64,000 nucleotides of DNA, taken from contig JBEKSD010000003.1 in assembly GCA_049517335.1 (NCBI GenBank), positions 32,185 to 96,184 on the forward strand, given 5' to 3'. The position numbers and the translations under genes are program-made. Shown in pieces: positions 59,937 to 64,000 of the stretch. The notes below the pieces were generated by a model. It saw only the letters and a program-made list of their open reading frames with translations. It had not been told where the DNA came from and made no database searches. How positions within the stretch are numbered: position 1 is the stretch's first letter; every line of letters begins with the position of its first letter. This DNA comes from Candidatus Omnitrophota bacterium. Lineage in GTDB: Bacteria > Omnitrophota > Gorgyraeia > Gygaellales > Profunditerraquicolaceae.

Positions 59937-61274
59937 TTACGACTTATTTTTTCTTTGTTTCTTTTTTAATTGCTTAATTCTGTATTGCTCTGCTTCTACT
60001 ATTTCTTTTGCATATGTAACCATTTTATCGTATTCTTTCTTTCCTTTCGCCTTATTAACGAATAATGATAAATCCTTAACACCTTGTTCCATATCATAAA
60101 ATTTATAACCTATAATGCCCATTGCAAATAAGAAAGCAATTTCATTTTTATTCTCCTGATATCGCTGATTAAAGAATTCCAGGAGTTGGGGTATATATAC
60201 ATCAATTACAGTAAAAGATATGACCTTCTTATACCAAAATAATGCCCTATCATAGTTCTTTTCCAATAGCATAAAAAAGGCATTATTGAGGAAAACCACT
60301 GGGTGTTCTTTTTCAATCTCGCTTGCTTTAGCAGTATACCCTTTGGCTTTATTTAAATCTCCCAAGAAATATTCTAATCTTGCCAATTGGATATAAACAC
60401 GGAAATGATTTATCGGAAGCCGCAGTAGCTCTATGAAACATTGCTTAGCCACTCTATATTCTTTTTTTTCAATCAGCTCTTCTCCTATCAATATGTATAA
60501 TTCGCTGATGATTACGTTAATTCTGCCTTCAATAAGAGGTTTAAAGGTATCGGGTTTCATAGCTGCCAACATCTGTTGTAGACCGTTAAATAATTTTAAC
60601 GCATCGCGCAACCTATTATCAGTAAACAGATGTATTCCAAAAATGAAAATCCCAGCTTCGACAAAGTTATCAGCAACCTTTATCTCTTCAAATAATGTGT
60701 TGTCAATGTTGAGTATCCAATCACGAGTTCCAGCAATCAAAGCTAAATCGGCATTAAACAGCAACATCTTATTTTTTAACCACTGATTTAGCCTATAAGT
60801 ATAATTTAAGCTGAAGCTAACGACATCTTTACCTTCCTTTGTTTCAACGAAAGCGCTGCCCCAAATAATTAAATCCACTCCTTGGTTCTCACAATATTGA
60901 ACCGCTTCTTCACGTTTATTAATAATATCGGAAGCTATATTAATTATTTTCACTTCCTTAGAAATATTAAAATTATCAAGCTTAATTCTAAGCTTTTCTA
61001 ATACTTTTTCGAAATGTAATTTTGACTTATCATCTGTTTTAATGCAGAAAATCAATGTGTATTTATTGGTAGGCAAAATAAATCTTCCGCTTTTACAGAA
61101 CCAAAACGCCATCCATAAAAGAATTAAGGCAGGAGCAATATATAAGACGAAAGGAATTTTGATTATGTAGCATATTAACGAAATTAACAAAATACCACCC
61201 AATAACCCACCAATGGTTTTGGGTTCTTTCTTTAATGAACCTAAAGCTAAATCAAATAGTCCTTTCATACCCAT
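59937..61274 (-). CDS. membrane-anchored (2 TM) protein with an alpha/beta region and a C-terminal TPR-like helical domain (island cargo)
   Basis: Hydrophobic helices lie at ~20-60. The alternating beta/alpha pattern is LIFCIKT...VKIINIAS...DLIIWGS. The C-terminus is helical and repeat-like. Confidence 0.35.
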   Translation of the reverse strand: MGMKGLFDLALGSLKKEPKTIGGLLGGILLISLICYIIKIPFVLYIAPALILLWMAFWFCKSGRFILPTNKYTLIFCIKTDDKSKLHFEKVLEKLRIKLDNFNISKEVKIINIASDIINKREEAVQYCENQGVDLIIWGSAFVETKEGKDVVSFSLNYTYRLNQWLKNKMLLFNADLALIAGTRDWILNIDNTLFEEIKVADNFVEAGIFIFGIHLFTDNRLRDALKLFNGLQQMLAAMKPDTFKPLIEGRINVIISELYILIGEELIEKKEYRVAKQCFIELLRLPINHFRVYIQLARLEYFLGDLNKAKGYTAKASEIEKEHPVVFLNNAFFMLLEKNYDRALFWYKKVISFTVIDVYIPQLLEFFNQRYQENKNEIAFLFAMGIIGYKFYDMEQGVKDLSLFVNKAKGKKEYDKMVTYAKEIVEAEQYRIKQLKKKQRKNKS

Positions 61275-61433
61275 ATTTTGTTTTTACATTATACCACTAT
61301 CAACCCAAATATGGCGGGTAAATAAACTATTAATTGTTTGGTTTAGAAACTAATGAGTAGGTATCGACGATAAAGCTTAATTACTTTTATAGGGGGGTTT
61401 ATTTGGCAAACCTAAGGAGTATTTATATAGAGG

Positions 61434-61940
61434 CTATTCCCAACCTTTTATCTTATAGTCAAAGGTTATTTTCTTAATCTGCGGGTTGCTTTCATATTTA
61501 TTAAGGCACCGCTTGTCCATCTTGAAGCCTTTTTGCCTATTTATTCTACACTGTCTTTCAAATTCTACCCAAGGCAATAGATACATCCGTATATTATTAG
61601 CATCATCAATTGAATCAACTACGACAGCAAGATAAGGCTCACAATCAAAGATTTTGCAGGCAGATAATACTTCTCTTTTGCTTGGGATGGTTACATTGCT
61701 ATAAGCTTGCCCTCTTTCACGGGTGCGGGCTTTAACACTTATGCCTAGCCTTTCTTTTGTCTTCTTGTTATACGCTATTAAGTCAATTCCAATATAATCA
61801 ACATTAACAACCTCATAGCCATACTTAGATAGCCAATACATCAGCATAGCTTCGCCAAAGTCGCCAGCAATCTTACTATGCCTTGAGCTCTTTCTTATTT
61901 CCATGTAAAGGATTGTATCACCTACTTTAGTGGGTGTCAA
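61434..61940 (-). CDS. small PD-(D/E)xK-fold nuclease-like protein (Hjc/Mrr-cat-like core)
   Basis: The pattern G..GE..L...L.K.G..V is followed by GIDLIAY (Asp) and ISVKAR (x-V-K), which matches the restriction-endonuclease-like core. The assignment rests on the motif pattern only. Confidence 0.4.
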   Translation of the reverse strand: MTPTKVGDTILYMEIRKSSRHSKIAGDFGEAMLMYWLSKYGYEVVNVDYIGIDLIAYNKKTKERLGISVKARTRERGQAYSNVTIPSKREVLSACKIFDCEPYLAVVVDSIDDANNIRMYLLPWVEFERQCRINRQKGFKMDKRCLNKYESNPQIKKITFDYKIKGWE

Positions 61941-61972
61941 TATGTGGAATTTTATGGGAGAATTGGAGCGTG

Positions 61973-62182
61973 GAAAATATTAATGCTGGATTTGGAAAAC
62001 ACTTAAAAGACCTACGCAGAAAAAAGAAGATAACTCAAGAGGAGCTTGCGGAATTGGCTAACTTGGAATACAAATACATCCAGCGCCTTGAGGGTAAGAA
62101 GCCTTCTTCTCCTACCTTAAACACCTTAGAGAAACTTGCCAAAGCCTTCAGTATAACTCCTTCACAATTACTTAAATTTTAA
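61973..62182 (+). CDS. XRE-family (Cro/C1-type) HTH transcriptional regulator
   Basis: The HTH reads LKDLRRKKKITQEELAELANLEYKYIQRLE. The probable GTG start is at 61973. The ORF track begins at the ATG at 61934, which overlaps the divergent gene. Confidence 0.65.
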   Translation, partial: ENINAGFGKHLKDLRRKKKITQEELAELANLEYKYIQRLEGKKPSSPTLNTLEKLAKAFSITPSQLLKF

Positions 62183-62186
62183 TTAC

Positions 62187-63401
62187 TTATTTCTCTTTAT
62201 CCTGTAATTTTGATAAAGAAACGGATTTTTTGGATTCAATCTTTAAAAAACCTTTAATTTTAGTCATTATCTTCTTATCCCATCTTGATTCATTAACGGC
62301 TTTTTCAACTGCATAGGTGTCTATATCAGCGACTTCATCCCACTTGCCGGCTTCCTTTAACGCTTTTGATAATTCTTCCCGTTCTTCGCTTCCCTTAGGA
62401 GGACAGGAAACTTTCTGTTTTTCGGCAACTTTAAGCTTATTATTGTTGCCTATGATAATGCTGGATTTTTCTTCTTCGGCATACTGGATAACCGCTTCTT
62501 TTACCTTATCTATTTCCTCATCTATTTTGTCAATCTCTCCCTGTTGCTCACGCTTCTTAGCTACAAGCTTAGCGAAAGTATTTACAAGCTTTACGCCGCT
62601 GTCTTTTAGGTATTCATTTACAGGTAGAGCTTCCACTTTATAGAGGTGCTTTCTCTTGGGGCAAAGGTCAGGATATACGCACCATTCGCAAAGGCTACTT
62701 TCATTCGGTAGGAATTCCTCTGTAGCTTCAATCTTATCAATTAGGACTGCCGTATCATTCTTTAGCTGCTCCAATTGTTTATCAGTCCTCACAGAGGACA
62801 TTTCCTTGTCAAAAACCACATAATGCCAGATTAACTTGACCTTATTGACATCATTCCAAGTGTCGCTTATGCCAATTTGATACAGAGCAAGCTGTCTATC
62901 CTCATCAAAATGCGCCTGTCCGGGCAAGGATCCGGAAGTCTTATAATCATGTATCTCATAAGTATCGTCTTGTGCTTGGGCTAGCCTATCTATGTAACCC
63001 CTAAGCTTATATTTACCGTCCCCATTTAAGTCAATCAAAACCTCCCTCTCAAGACCTAAGACCCTGCTCTGGTCAAAGGGAGAATAGCGCTTATAATAAT
63101 CCTCAATGCATTTCCTGCCTATGTTTTTGTAGTCCTCAGCGGTTCTATCTTTCTTAGTAACAATAATAGTATCGTTATATTCCTTATCCCATTGGCTTTC
63201 ATAATAACCCAATAGCTCCTTTAAGGAATATGTCTTGCATTTAAGGTCTTTATAGAGTTTCTGCATGGTTTCGTGGAAACGAGAACCCATAAATGCCTCA
63301 ATGCCTTCTTGTTCACGCTCAATCTTATCTATGTAGGAAAACTTATACCGGAGAGGACAGGATTCAAAACTATTTAATCTGGAATGGGAATATATAGGCA
63401 T
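62187..63401 (-). CDS. Cas4-like / RecB-family PD-(D/E)xK exonuclease with a 4-Cys Fe-S motif and a KE-rich C-terminal tail
   Basis: The N-terminus reads YSHSRLNSFESCPLRYKFSYID. The RecB motif is IHDYKTSG. The C-terminal Cys triad reads LCEWCVYPDLCP. Confidence 0.6.
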   Translation of the reverse strand: MPIYSHSRLNSFESCPLRYKFSYIDKIEREQEGIEAFMGSRFHETMQKLYKDLKCKTYSLKELLGYYESQWDKEYNDTIIVTKKDRTAEDYKNIGRKCIEDYYKRYSPFDQSRVLGLEREVLIDLNGDGKYKLRGYIDRLAQAQDDTYEIHDYKTSGSLPGQAHFDEDRQLALYQIGISDTWNDVNKVKLIWHYVVFDKEMSSVRTDKQLEQLKNDTAVLIDKIEATEEFLPNESSLCEWCVYPDLCPKRKHLYKVEALPVNEYLKDSGVKLVNTFAKLVAKKREQQGEIDKIDEEIDKVKEAVIQYAEEEKSSIIIGNNNKLKVAEKQKVSCPPKGSEEREELSKALKEAGKWDEVADIDTYAVEKAVNESRWDKKIMTKIKGFLKIESKKSVSLSKLQDKEK

Positions 63402-63463
63402 ATTATTTTTGTTTATTTCCGCCTACCCAAAGATTGATAGGTATTAGTTTACATGCTTTTTAC

Positions 63464-64000
63464 TTACCTTTTTCTTCTGATAAATTTTCTTATTACTTCG
63501 TTAAGATTTATTCCCAAACCAAAAAAATTTGGTTTTAATTCAAGCATATCGACATTATCACCGATTTTAGTTTTAATTTTCCCTTTCCTACCAACAAAAT
63601 CCTCTAAACGTCCTGCGAGATTTGATAGGTCTCTCATATCAATAGCCATGCCTCGACCTTGTTCATATAATTCTTCAACTAATCTAAAGTTTTTATTGTC
63701 GTAATCTTTATCCTCATATCTATTATGCCAAATTTCACCATAGCGAATATCGAGATCCGTGGCTGTTTTATATAAATTCCTAATTCTTTTCACGTGATGA
63801 ACTTTAACTTCCTGTTGTATCTCACTTAGTATTTCAGAGATTTCTTTAATACTTGTATCATAAAATTTTAAGGAATATTGTACTATACCTTGAAAGTCAC
63901 TGTCTACTTTTTTCCAATATTCTAATTCTTTAAGTTTTCGAATATTTTTAGAAATAATTGTAGTAACTTCTTCAAGATTCTTAATCCATACCTGTAAGTC
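63464..64000 (-). CDS. hypothetical protein, 5' end beyond the window
   Basis: The reading frame stays open upstream of the GTG reported by the ORF track (...SEIQQEVKVHHVKRIRNLYK...). It is probably cotranscribed with the Cas4-like nuclease. Confidence 0.35.
   Translation of the reverse strand, partial: DLQVWIKNLEEVTTIISKNIRKLKELEYWKKVDSDFQGIVQYSLKFYDTSIKEISEILSEIQQEVKVHHVKRIRNLYKTATDLDIRYGEIWHNRYEDKDYDNKNFRLVEELYEQGRGMAIDMRDLSNLAGRLEDFVGRKGKIKTKIGDNVDMLELKPNFFGLGINLNEVIRKFIRRKR

Larger units (their letters stand above)
56950..64000. mobile_element. integrative element (prophage remnant or genomic island) inserted at the 3' end of tRNA-Leu(CAA); the right end lies beyond the window
   Basis: tRNA-Leu is immediately followed by an oppositely oriented tyrosine integrase with Xis, a serine recombinase, nucleases and an XRE regulator, amid small hypothetical ORFs. 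The lower apparent GC content is a by-eye impression only. Confidence 0.7.

Overview
This 64 kb window looks like a contig from a low-GC, probably anaerobic, diderm (Gram-negative-type) bacterium. The diderm call rests on lnt, lgt, murJ, LptE-like and BamD-like genes, outer-membrane beta-barrels and PilT. The anaerobe call rests on a flavodiiron protein, rubredoxin and rubrerythrin-like proteins. Most genes are packed on the minus strand with frequent 4-16 nt overlaps.

Main blocks, left to right:
- 1-7620: one long minus-strand super-operon, thiS-thiG-thiH-thiF-nifU-larE-like-nifS-birA-bioB-bioF, with a clear TPP riboswitch (aptamer plus terminator) upstream of thiS.
- 7620-11600: methionine and cysteine sulfur assimilation genes (metW, metX, cysK, metY).
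- 11674-18376: an outer-membrane protein, YezD/Rrf2/DUF1805, and a redox-stress cluster (trxB, glutaredoxin, rubrerythrin-like, PNPOx-like, flavodiiron FprA, an unlisted 52-aa rubredoxin, PEBP), followed by a second Rrf2 gene coupled to a Cys-rich mini-protein.
- 18632-29686: envelope and lipid-A-like functions (PagL-like deacylase, ArnE/F-like pair, DegT aminotransferase, LpxL-like acyltransferase, LmbE/PIG-L deacetylase), plus an unusual 4-gene operon (radical SAM, HAD-IB, class-III aminotransferase, arginase-fold protein).
- 29769-56751: housekeeping genes, including a CDF transporter, MFS transporter, lnt, secA, prfB (canonical +1 programmed frameshift CTT-TGA-C), pilT, a GT2 synthase with a PEGA partner, MGMT, a short UvrC, murJ, rpsT, holA, LptE-like and BamD-like genes, a pyruvate kinase lacking its C domain, lgt, flavoproteins, leuS and a CheY-like regulator.
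- 56777-56995: tRNA-Ala(GGC) and tRNA-Leu(CAA).
- 56913 to the window end: an integrative element inserted at tRNA-Leu. It carries a tyrosine integrase, Xis, a serine recombinase and cargo that includes a small PD-(D/E)xK nuclease paired with an XRE regulator, a 2TM/TPR-like protein pair and a Cas4-like Fe-S nuclease. This is the best candidate for an undescribed (defence or phage) system. It is followed closely by the radical-SAM operon and the Rrf2/Cys-rich module.

No CRISPR array or rRNA was found.
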